Positions 27,636 to 35,892 of a DNA stretch of 56,260 bases are shown here, piece by piece. The notes beneath the pieces are model-generated. The model made no database searches and was not told the DNA's origin. It was given only the letters and a program-made list of their open reading frames with translations. This DNA is from Candidatus Woesearchaeota archaeon CG10_big_fil_rev_8_21_14_0_10_32_9 (GTDB taxonomy: Archaea; Nanobdellota; Nanobdellia; Woesearchaeales; 21-14-0-10-32-9): assembly GCA_002762915.1 (NCBI GenBank), contig PCYF01000001.1:1-56260 (forward strand), read 5' to 3'. Position 1 is the stretch's first letter; every line of letters starts with the position of its first letter. The position numbers and the translations under genes are program-made.

Positions 27636-28694
27636 ATGGTTCAAGAATTATCTGCGGTTGATGTACATTTTCTTTCTAAGGAGTTTAAATCTTTAATTTC
27701 CGCTAAAATAGAAAAAATATACCAGGTTGAAAACACCATATATTTTCGATTTTATTCTAAATCTGGTAAAGTAACACTTAAAGCAGTTATTCCTGGCTTT
27801 TTATCCTTTTCTAAGGAAGATTTTGATGCGCCTGATTTTCCGCCCGCATTTTGTGCTCTACTTAGAAAACATCTTTCTGGTGCGTTTGTTAGAGATGTGT
27901 ATCAACAGGGATTTGAAAGAATTTTGGTTTTTGACATTTCTTCTAAAGAATTAGAATTTCTTTTAATTTTCGAATTATTTAAACCTGGAAATGTTGTTCT
28001 TGTTAAAAAACCAAATACAATATTGGATTCTTTCTTAAGGAAACGGTTTAAAGACAGACTTATTGCTCCAAAGAAAGATTATTTTTTCCCTCCTTCACAG
28101 GCAGATTTTAATGTCTTATCTGAAAAAGAGTTTTTTACTTTAGTATCAGAATCAGATAGATCTCTTGTTAAAACATTGGCAAGTCTTGGTTTGGGAGGTC
28201 TTTGGGCGGAAGAGGTTTTAACTAGAGTGAAAATTAGCAAAACCGCTAAAGTAACTATTGAAGAGGCTTCTTTAATTATGAGAGCATTAAGAAATTTGTT
28301 GAGCGAACAGACGTCGCCTTATTTGGTTGAAAGCAGAGTGTTTCCTGTTAAAATGGATTCATTACAAGGAAAATCCTTGGCCTGTTCTTTTTCTGAAGCA
28401 TTAGACAGACATGGTGAAGAAAAAGTAACAACCATTTTAGAGAAAAAGAGTAAATATATTTCATTGATTGAAATTCAAGAAAAAAGATTGCTAGAACTAG
28501 AAAAAGAAATTGTTGACAATCAAGCAAAAGGAGATTTTATTTACCAAAATTATGGTTCATTTAGCGAATTGTTAAAGAAGATTAAGGAACTTCGTACCTC
28601 TAATTCTTTGGATGAACTTGAAGAGTTATTAAAGAAAAATAGTAAATTTAAAGAATTAAATAAAAAAGAAAAGAAAATAGTGTTGGAATTCTAG
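27636..28694 (+). CDS. NFACT-N / HhH / coiled-coil protein (truncated RqcH/NEMF homolog)
   Basis: 352 aa. NFACT-N signature (LSAVDVHFLSKEF...KIEKIYQ...FCALLRKHL...ELFKPGNVVLV) and an HhH (LGLGGLWAEEV). Ends within the coiled coil, with no NFACT-R domain. Confidence 0.75.
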   Translation: MVQELSAVDVHFLSKEFKSLISAKIEKIYQVENTIYFRFYSKSGKVTLKAVIPGFLSFSKEDFDAPDFPPAFCALLRKHLSGAFVRDVYQQGFERILVFDISSKELEFLLIFELFKPGNVVLVKKPNTILDSFLRKRFKDRLIAPKKDYFFPPSQADFNVLSEKEFFTLVSESDRSLVKTLASLGLGGLWAEEVLTRVKISKTAKVTIEEASLIMRALRNLLSEQTSPYLVESRVFPVKMDSLQGKSLACSFSEALDRHGEEKVTTILEKKSKYISLIEIQEKRLLELEKEIVDNQAKGDFIYQNYGSFSELLKKIKELRTSNSLDELEELLKKNSKFKELNKKEKKIVLEF

Positions 28695-28873
28695 ATTACG
28701 TCGCCTAATGCTACGGTGTCGTTTTCATCCATTATTCCTTGTGTCGTTTCGGTCATTGCTGCAGTTTCGTTTAATGTTTCGTTATCTGTTTCGTTATCTG
28801 TTGTTCCTGCGCTACAACCACTAACTACTACCAAAATTAACACCAGAATTAGTATTAGTCCTAATATTTTCAT
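28691..28873 (-). CDS. Small putative lipoprotein
   Basis: 60 aa. Signal peptide with lipobox VVSGC, then a T/N/E/D-rich mature part. Start overlaps the upstream gene stop (ATGA overlap). Confidence 0.5.
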   Translation of the reverse strand: MKILGLILILVLILVVVSGCSAGTTDNETDNETLNETAAMTETTQGIMDENDTVALGDVI

Positions 28874-30051
28874 TGTCCGTTGCCTCCATTTCCTGGTAAG
28901 TTATATCCATTATAACCCGCAGGTCTTTGTCCATTTCCATTACCATTGAAAGACATAGCCATTGCTCTGCTTCGTGCATCTCCTACAACATCTTGTCTTA
29001 TTTGCTGTCTCTTTTGTTCTTCAAAGAATTTTAGTCTTTCTTTTATGCTTTCTCTTTGATTTGATATTATTTCTTTGGTAAGTTCTATTTCTTTTTTCTT
29101 AGCTTCGTTTATTAGTTCAATTCTTTGTTTTCTTTCTTCAAATGCTTTCTCTTGCAATTTTATTTTCACTTCAGCTTTTTGTTCCTGGTTTAAAGAATTG
29201 TATTCTGTTCTAATCTTTGCTTTTATCTGTGCAGGGTCTATTTCTCCAGCTTTGATTTTTTGAACAAGTGCTTGATTATTCATACCCATTCTTTCCATTG
29301 CTTTCTGAGTTACTTCTGCATTGTGTTCTTTTAATTGTAGTTTTATTTGTTTTTCAATCATCTCTGCTGCTTTCTTTTCTATTTCTAGGAATCTTAGTCT
29401 AAGCTTTAACTTATCTTCTTCAGAAAGTATTTTATTCGATTCTTCTCTGAATGCTGAAGTTAATTCTTGTCCTTGTTTTTTCCAAGAAATGAATTGATCT
29501 ATGTTAGTTTGTGCTTCATATTGCGAAGGATCGTATGCTTTTACTTCTTCTGCTAAGGATGTTACACTATCCATGATTTCTTTTAATGTAGATACGTCTT
29601 CATCAGGGTAGGTTGTTGTTATATAGTTCATTACAGCATTTGCTTTTGCAAAGTTTACTCTTGCAGCTCTCTCCAGCTGAAGCATTCTTACTTTTGCGCC
29701 TGTGAACTCATTCATTACTCTTAGTTCTCTTGTTGTATCATCTGAAATAAGTGCTAAATCTTCTTCTGAAGCGCCTTCTATTTCTGTTTCGTATGTTTCT
29801 TCATAATCTGCTTCTGTTGATTCAACATATACTTCAGCAGTTAGGGTATCGTCTTGATCCTCAAGAGTAGTTATGTCTTCAATCACAACAAAGTCTTCGG
29901 TTTCTAGTTCATCTTCAATTTCGATTTCTTCTTCATCTTCGATTTCAGTTGTGTCTTCAGGTTCTTCAGTATCATTATCTTCTGCTAGTGCAAAAGAGAC
30001 TGTAGAAATCATGAAAACAAGCAACATTAATATTGCTAAAATTTTTTTCAT
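28870..30051 (-). CDS. Secreted acidic coiled-coil protein
   Basis: 393 aa. Signal peptide MKKILAILMLLVFMISTVSFALA, a D/E/T-rich segment, long K/E heptad-like regions and a G/N-rich C-terminus. Confidence 0.6.
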   Translation of the reverse strand: MKKILAILMLLVFMISTVSFALAEDNDTEEPEDTTEIEDEEEIEIEDELETEDFVVIEDITTLEDQDDTLTAEVYVESTEADYEETYETEIEGASEEDLALISDDTTRELRVMNEFTGAKVRMLQLERAARVNFAKANAVMNYITTTYPDEDVSTLKEIMDSVTSLAEEVKAYDPSQYEAQTNIDQFISWKKQGQELTSAFREESNKILSEEDKLKLRLRFLEIEKKAAEMIEKQIKLQLKEHNAEVTQKAMERMGMNNQALVQKIKAGEIDPAQIKAKIRTEYNSLNQEQKAEVKIKLQEKAFEERKQRIELINEAKKKEIELTKEIISNQRESIKERLKFFEEQKRQQIRQDVVGDARSRAMAMSFNGNGNGQRPAGYNGYNLPGNGGNGQ

Positions 30052-30151
30052 TAATTTACACCTCTATGATTTTATCTATTTTCGTAAAGCTATCTTTATA
30101 AACTTTTCTTCTATGACTAAATTTTTATACTAAGTTGTTTTCTCTTATTGT

Positions 30152-31042
30152 ATGAATTTTTTAAAAAGGTATTCTGCGTTAGGGGGTTCATTTAATCCAA
30201 AAGATGTTGTTATAAAAAAATCATTAAGGGTTAATACTTTAAAAATTCAGTCGCAGGAACTAATTAAACGGTTCAAAAAGAAAAAAATTGTTTTAGAGAA
30301 GATTCCATTTCTAAAACAAGGTTACAATTATGAGTCTGAATTTTCATTAGGAAGCACTCCTGAATATTTGCAAGGGTTTTATTATTTACAAGAGGCTGCG
30401 AGTCAAGTGCCTGTTCAAGTTCTTAATCCTTCTGAAAAAGATTTAGTTTTAGATATGGCTGCTAGTCCTGGAAGCAAAACTACTCAAATTTCCCAATTTA
30501 TGAATAATAAGGGTGCAGTTATTGCTTTAGATACTGATCATAAGCGTCTTAGAAGTTTAATTAATAATTTAGAACGTCTTTCAATAAAGAATGTGTTGGT
30601 TTACAAGAAGGATGCGAGATTTATTAGAGATTTTAATTTGAAGTTTGATAAAATTTTACTTGATGCACCCTGTTCTGGAAATTTTTGTGTTGAGCCCAAT
30701 TATTTTTCTAAACGTTCTTTGCTCGATATTCAGCAAAGATCAAGATTACAGAAAGAATTGTTGCATGCAGGTTTAGATGTATTAAAGGAATCAGGTGTTC
30801 TTGTTTATAGTACTTGCTCATTGGAGCCAGAAGAAAATGAGTTAGTTGTTGATCAAATTCTTAAGGAAAGAGAGGATGTTATTTTAGAGTCGACAGATTT
30901 ATCTGTTGGTGTTGAGGGGGTTACAATTGTCTTCGGAGAAGAATTAGATCCTTCTTTGAAGAACACGAGAAGATTCTGGCCACACAAAACTGGAACAGAA
31001 GGTTTTTATATTGCAAAATTCAGAAAGATAAATAATGATTAA
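30152..31042 (+). CDS. NOL1/NOP2/Sun-family RNA (cytosine-C5)-methyltransferase
   Basis: 296 aa. DMAASPGSKT SAM motif and the catalytic Cys motifs DAPCSG and YSTCS. Confidence 0.9.
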   Translation: MNFLKRYSALGGSFNPKDVVIKKSLRVNTLKIQSQELIKRFKKKKIVLEKIPFLKQGYNYESEFSLGSTPEYLQGFYYLQEAASQVPVQVLNPSEKDLVLDMAASPGSKTTQISQFMNNKGAVIALDTDHKRLRSLINNLERLSIKNVLVYKKDARFIRDFNLKFDKILLDAPCSGNFCVEPNYFSKRSLLDIQQRSRLQKELLHAGLDVLKESGVLVYSTCSLEPEENELVVDQILKEREDVILESTDLSVGVEGVTIVFGEELDPSLKNTRRFWPHKTGTEGFYIAKFRKINND

Positions 31043-31523
31043 AATTTTTGCGTTCATCATTAGTTTGTTAGGGTCAATAATTGTATATCTTTTAGCTTCT
31101 TATTTCTTATTGGATCAGATTAACTTTTTCAGGGCCATTTTAGGTTTGATTGTTTTAATAATACTTATAGTTATTTTGAGAACTATTTTTACTAAGGAAA
31201 GACCTGATGCACATTTGATTAAAAAAAGATTTAGTCATTTGTCTCATGCAAAATTAAGCTTTATTACTCACAAATTAGAGGAACTTAATAAAAGAAAATT
31301 TGCCAGCGGCCACGTTGCAAGGGTTCTTCTCTTTGGACTTATTTATTATTCAATGGTTCCAGAATTTTATTATTTAATTGGAATTATTTTAGTATCCATC
31401 ATTGTAGGGTTCTCGAGAGTTATTTTGAAAAAGCACACTAAAGTAGACATACTTTTCGGTTTAATTGTCGGAGTTGTTTCATTTTTCTTATCAGAATACA
31501 TAAGTTTACTGATTTTTTCCTAA
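31035..31523 (+). CDS. PAP2-family lipid phosphate/pyrophosphate phosphatase
   Basis: 162 aa membrane protein carrying the tripartite PAP2 motif: KERPD, SGHVA, SRVILKKHTKVD. Confidence 0.7.
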   Translation: MIKIFAFIISLLGSIIVYLLASYFLLDQINFFRAILGLIVLIILIVILRTIFTKERPDAHLIKKRFSHLSHAKLSFITHKLEELNKRKFASGHVARVLLFGLIYYSMVPEFYYLIGIILVSIIVGFSRVILKKHTKVDILFGLIVGVVSFFLSEYISLLIFS

Positions 31524-31588
31524 ATTTTCCGCTTTTTCTATAGTTATTGATTTTAATTAAATAAAATTTTTAGTTTTTGGTGATATAA

Positions 31589-31792
31589 ATGGGTTTAACC
31601 AATAAGAAAGAAGAACAACTAAGGCAGATGCCGGTGATAACATCTAGAGTGGCTAGAAGCAAGGATGGAAAATTCTTGATTCATAAGACCGAGATTGTGA
31701 CTATTCGTCCTATGGCCTATTATGAGGCTGTTTTAAACAATAGTCAAGATGTTCAGCAAGAATTGGATCAGGAAATCTTTCAAGAGAATTAA
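31589..31792 (+). CDS. Hypothetical small protein
   Basis: 67 aa. GGTGA SD-like sequence 5 nt upstream of the ATG. No motif recognised. Confidence 0.4.
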   Translation: MGLTNKKEEQLRQMPVITSRVARSKDGKFLIHKTEIVTIRPMAYYEAVLNNSQDVQQELDQEIFQEN

Positions 31793-31840
31793 GATTAACT
31801 ATTTTTTATTTTTTTTAAGTATTTTTTAGAAAAATAAGGA

Positions 31841-31953
31841 GGACAGCTTTTCGGCCTTCCCGCCCATGAAGGCAGTACTTCTCCGAAACGCGGGCGCGCT
31901 TGACTTCTGTGTTCGAAATGGGAACAGGTAGGACCACGCCGCTTTGACCGTCC
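31841..31953 (-). rRNA. rrf: 5S ribosomal RNA (ends approximate, +/- 4 nt)
   Basis: Minus strand reads GGACGGUCAAAGCGGCGUGGUCCUACCUGUUCCCAUUUCGAACACAGAAGUCAAGCGCGCCCGCGUUUCGGAGAAGUACUGCCUUCAUGGGCGGGAAGGCCGAAAAGCUGUCC. It contains the universal CCCAUUUCGAACACAGAAGUCAAGC loop C/helix III region. The termini pair (GGACGG/CUGUCC), it forms a local GC island, and a T-run follows the 3' end. Confidence 0.9.
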
Positions 31954-31976
31954 AAATAAACAGGAAAGAAATTTGA

Positions 31977-31984
31977 TTTATAAA
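31977..31984 (-). promoter_or_regulatory. TATA box of the 5S rRNA gene
   Basis: TTTATAAA lies 23 nt upstream of the inferred 5S 5' end. Confidence 0.6.
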
Positions 31985-32102
31985 GGTTTCCATAATTTTT
32001 AGCGAATTTAAGCGATAAATATAAATAGCATTTCCGAAGAGGCACAGTGGGCGGGAGTGAATTTGAATAATCTGCTCGAGGTTAATATTTCCAAAAATTA
32101 AA

Positions 32103-32753
32103 ATGTTCAAAACAGAAAAATATTACGTACTTAAACACTGCCCTAAGGTTAAATCTATTTTAGAAATAGGTTTCGGGGATGGGAATTTATCTTATAATTT
32201 AGCTAAAAAATACCCTGCAGTGCACATTACTGCTATAGATGGAGACAAAGAGTATTATGCACTTGCTAATAAGATTAATTCTCATAAAAGAATAATTTAT
32301 GTTTGCTCTAATTTTGAAAATTTTAAAAGTAAAAATGTTTTTGATGTAATTATTGCGTCAGAAGTAATTGAACATTTATCTAATATAGATGCGTTCATGA
32401 AATTTATATCTAAGCATTCACATAAAGGAACTATTTTGATTCTTACTAGTGATAATGCACATTATCTGGGTTTTTTACTTGAATCTTTCAAGTCTATGTT
32501 TATAAAGAAATTTAATCTTTATATTTGGAGAAATCAGGCAGGAAAGTATTATTCTTGGAATAAACATTATTATAATTGGACAATAAATACTTTGGGCACA
32601 ATTCTTCATATGTATAATTTTACGCCTTTTCAGTATTATTATAGTCAACACGGTTTTGTGAAAGGAATACTAAATTTTTTATTAGACTTTGTATCCTTTT
32701 TTGTTCCTTTTTTTAGGAGAAAAATAGTCATCTTTGGGATTCAAAAAAAGTAA
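32103..32753 (+). CDS. Class I SAM-dependent methyltransferase
   Basis: 216 aa. ILEIGFGDGNLS motif I and DVIIASEVIEH motif. Confidence 0.75.
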   Translation: MFKTEKYYVLKHCPKVKSILEIGFGDGNLSYNLAKKYPAVHITAIDGDKEYYALANKINSHKRIIYVCSNFENFKSKNVFDVIIASEVIEHLSNIDAFMKFISKHSHKGTILILTSDNAHYLGFLLESFKSMFIKKFNLYIWRNQAGKYYSWNKHYYNWTINTLGTILHMYNFTPFQYYYSQHGFVKGILNFLLDFVSFFVPFFRRKIVIFGIQKK

Positions 32754-32966
32754 TTTTTTATGCCTAAAAAATGAGGTAAGATTAATTACACGATTTATAA
32801 TATCTCTTTTTTGTTTACTCTGAAACAGCGCGTATTTTATCTGCGCTGAAAATTTGTTTTAGTATGTAGTAGAAACAAAAAATGCTAAATTTTTGAATTT
32901 GTTTCTAATGGGTGCTGCGTTATATGTGTCTCTCAAGAAATTATTTTTAAAGTGTCAACTATTTAT

Positions 32967-32979
32967 TTTCTATATGGAA
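32967..32979. promoter_or_regulatory. Mini-ORB-like 13-mer upstream of the flippase gene
   Basis: TTTCTATATGGAA is identical to the reverse complement of the origin mini-ORB core (14944-14956). Confidence 0.35.
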
Positions 32980-33043
32980 AATAAGTATTTTTTCTCAAAT
33001 AGTATTGCAAAACGTTTAAATAATTTCAAATATACTTTAGTGC

Positions 33044-34555
33044 GTGGTAGATTATACTAAAAGGGGGCTTCAAAGTTTTTTAGCGCTATTTGTACTTTCA
33101 GTTTTAGGTGTAGGAGTAGGATATATTTTCAGATTTGTTCTTGCAAGAAACTTATCCGTACAAGACTATGGCATATTTTATGCAGCATATGCATTGCTCT
33201 CAGTTCCATTTTTGTTTAGAGACTTAGGTTTAGGACAAGCTCTAACAAAATTTGTTCCGGAATTCTTGCACAGAAATGAAATGAGCTCTCTACGTTTTGT
33301 CATATTCTATTCATTCAAGTGGACAATTTTTTTCTCATCGCTCGTGGCAATCTTCACAATTTTACTATCGAATACAATTTCCACAGAATACTTAAATTTT
33401 AAAAGTGTTTACTTCTTTGTTATTCTGCTTGTATTAGTTTTCTTTTTACAATGTGTAGAAGGATTTTTATTGTACCTTTTTATTTCATTTCAAAAACACA
33501 CACATTATGCAGTCTATCAGTTTCTTAAACAATTATTTTTAACAATATTCGTTGTAATATTATTCTATTTTGTAGAAAAAAACCTAAATTTGGTGGCAAC
33601 AGCATACGTTGCAACAAGTTTACTGATGTTGTTCGTTTTTACAGCGATATTAAAATATAAAGTAATTCCGAATACAAAAAAAATTAAATCAATTTCTGAT
33701 TTAAAAAAAACAAAAATAAAAAAAGATCTTTGGAAATTTGGTTTTTCAGTTATGTTCATTTCAATAGGCGGTCTTCTCTTACAATATTCAGATACAATAA
33801 TGTTAACTTTTTTTAAATCGACAACAGAAACAGGCATTTACAACGCAGCAGTACCAATATCTAATCTGTTATTATTTCTAGGCATCTCTTTATCATTAGT
33901 TTTAGTGCCTATGATATCTGAGTTATACTCTAAAAAACTCTTTTCACACATAAATCAAGCAATAACTTTAATTTATAAATATTCCTTGCTAATTATACTT
34001 CCAATAGGTCTTGCAATGTTTGTTTACTCAGAATTAATCCTGAGTCTTTTTTTTGGACAAGAATACATACCTGCAGCAAATGCTCTTAAATTTTTAGTCT
34101 TTGGAGCAATGTTCTTTGTTATTGCTCAAACTAATTTCAGTATTTTATCAGGTTCAGGAAAACCTCAAATTGTTGCAAAATATGTATTAATCGGAGCATC
34201 ATCTAATATACTTTTAAACTTTTTACTAATACCTCCTTTAGGAATTCTCGGGGCAGCAATAACTACCATGCTGGGATATTTGCTTATGCTGGTTTTGAGC
34301 ACCAAACACTTAAGAAAACTGTTCAAATTCAAGTTCCCACTTGCGCAATTGGTAAAAAGCATATTCCTATCAATTTTATTCATATTATTAGTGAATTTAT
34401 TAAAAAAAATAATTGTTATGAATCCATATATTGAAGCAATTATTGTATTGTGTATTTCGGGAGCAATTTATTTAGTTGTTGCGTATTTGCTAAAATTAAT
34501 AGATTTTAAAGAGATAAAAGAACTAATTTCTAAAGTGGTGGCCAAAAATGAATAG
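33044..34555 (+). CDS. Polysaccharide/oligosaccharide flippase (MOP/Wzx family)
   Basis: 503 aa with about 12-14 hydrophobic helices. Typical Wzx/RfbX-like layout. GTG start as given in the ORF track. Confidence 0.75.
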   Translation: MVDYTKRGLQSFLALFVLSVLGVGVGYIFRFVLARNLSVQDYGIFYAAYALLSVPFLFRDLGLGQALTKFVPEFLHRNEMSSLRFVIFYSFKWTIFFSSLVAIFTILLSNTISTEYLNFKSVYFFVILLVLVFFLQCVEGFLLYLFISFQKHTHYAVYQFLKQLFLTIFVVILFYFVEKNLNLVATAYVATSLLMLFVFTAILKYKVIPNTKKIKSISDLKKTKIKKDLWKFGFSVMFISIGGLLLQYSDTIMLTFFKSTTETGIYNAAVPISNLLLFLGISLSLVLVPMISELYSKKLFSHINQAITLIYKYSLLIILPIGLAMFVYSELILSLFFGQEYIPAANALKFLVFGAMFFVIAQTNFSILSGSGKPQIVAKYVLIGASSNILLNFLLIPPLGILGAAITTMLGYLLMLVLSTKHLRKLFKFKFPLAQLVKSIFLSILFILLVNLLKKIIVMNPYIEAIIVLCISGAIYLVVAYLLKLIDFKEIKELISKVVAKNE

Positions 34556-35339
34556 CGTTTTTAGAGAAAAGACTTGGATAGAACACAGACACTTGTTGAA
34601 TCCTTCTAAATTCAAAGAGTATGAGTTGCATGCTGCAGGCTTAGGATTTCTCAATAGCGTGAATTTTTTAAAGGATTATAAAGAAAAATTTACACATATA
34701 GATGCTTTGACTCAGGAAGTATTATCTTCATTGAAAAAGAAAACAACTATTATCTTAGTAAGAAAAAGTATGTCTGAAGAGGAAAAAAAATTATTGGAAA
34801 ATAATAATTTTAAACTAAAACGAACATGGGGGACGCTGATTTTAGAGCCTAGTAAAGAAATAAATTTAGATTCAAATACTTCAAAAAATATACGTAAATC
34901 AGAAAAAAGATTAGATTTTCTAAAAATAGATTCTGAGAGTGATTTTAAAGAGTATTATGACTTATTCAAAGAATCAAGAAAAGAATTAGGATTCAAAACT
35001 CCTTCATATAAATACTTTTTAGAAGTTAAAAAAAATAAATATTACTTAGCTTTCGCAGTTAAATCTAAAGAAACCAATAAAATTGTGGCAGGAATAGCTA
35101 CAATTCATAATGAAAATTACTTGCTTGAAATTAACGCCGCAAGAGATAAGAAACACTATTATGCAAATGATTACTTAAAATGGAAAATAATTGAATACTG
35201 CAAATTACAAGGTATTAAGTATTATGACTTTGCAGGATGCAATCCTGATCCAAAAGAAGGCACAAAAGATTTTAATATAAAAAGATTTAAAGAGAAGTGG
35301 GGGGGAGATTTTTACTATGAGTATACCTACAAAAGATAA
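34548..35339 (+). CDS. FemAB-like / GNAT-fold acyl(aminoacyl)transferase
   Basis: 263 aa. C-terminal YYANDYLKWKIIEYCKLQGIKYYDFAGC...FNIKRFKEKWGG matches the FemAB/FemX signature (..RFKxxFGG). Confidence 0.6.
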   Translation: MNSVFREKTWIEHRHLLNPSKFKEYELHAAGLGFLNSVNFLKDYKEKFTHIDALTQEVLSSLKKKTTIILVRKSMSEEEKKLLENNNFKLKRTWGTLILEPSKEINLDSNTSKNIRKSEKRLDFLKIDSESDFKEYYDLFKESRKELGFKTPSYKYFLEVKKNKYYLAFAVKSKETNKIVAGIATIHNENYLLEINAARDKKHYYANDYLKWKIIEYCKLQGIKYYDFAGCNPDPKEGTKDFNIKRFKEKWGGDFYYEYTYKR

Positions 35340-35892
35340 AGTTATGGAATCACAATATCATGGACAAAAGAATTATAGGTCTAAAATTCATGAAAAGGTA
35401 TTTTTTGAAGCAATTAAACATTTAAATTTTAAAGGAACAACCGTGTTGGATGTTGGGGCAGGTAATGGCTGGTGCGGCAAAGAATTTAAGAGGAGAAATG
35501 CAAAAAAAGTTATTCTGACAGATATAATGCCTCTGAATAAAGAAATCCTTAAAATGGATATGACTCAACTCAAGTTTAAAGACGAAACATTTGATTTTGT
35601 TAATTGTCATGGAAGCTTACACCATGTTAAACATCCAACGCGTGCTCTCAAAGAACTTTCAAGAGTTTTAAAACCCCAAGGAATATTAATTTTGACTGGA
35701 GAAGCAATTCTTGAGGGAAGTTGGATAAAAACACATTTTAACAGATATTTTCAATATATTTACTTAAGGTTTAATAATCCTGAAGAATGGAAAGCAGGAG
35801 GCAGAAATTATTTAGCTAATGAGTATGTTTCATGGTGTGCTTCGGCCAATTTAAAAAAAATAAAAGAAGGAATTTATAAAAAAAATGAATAA
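35317..35892 (+). CDS. Class I SAM-dependent methyltransferase
   Basis: 191 aa. VLDVGAGNGW motif I. An alternative start at 35344 (MESQ...) would remove the overlap with the previous gene. Confidence 0.75.
   Translation: MSIPTKDKVMESQYHGQKNYRSKIHEKVFFEAIKHLNFKGTTVLDVGAGNGWCGKEFKRRNAKKVILTDIMPLNKEILKMDMTQLKFKDETFDFVNCHGSLHHVKHPTRALKELSRVLKPQGILILTGEAILEGSWIKTHFNRYFQYIYLRFNNPEEWKAGGRNYLANEYVSWCASANLKKIKEGIYKKNE

Noticed and set aside
20210-31042. Apparent clustering of translation quality-control genes (Pelota, rRNA methyltransferase, ThpR, TRAM, uS2, NFACT, NSUN) as one system
   Set aside because: The genes lie on both strands in separate transcription units, interspersed with recombination genes. 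In a compact genome dominated by information-processing genes this is likely coincidental, so I did not report it as a system.
31815-32110. Two minus-strand ORFs (76 and 94 aa)
   Set aside because: They overlap the 5S rRNA gene and its promoter. Their open frames are a by-product of the GC-rich RNA gene.
32815-32850. Possible C/D-box sRNA (two CUGA boxes around a CAGCGC/GCGCUG hairpin)
   Set aside because: No convincing C box (RUGAUGA) at the appropriate distance and no K-turn arrangement. I kept it only as a hairpin note within another finding.
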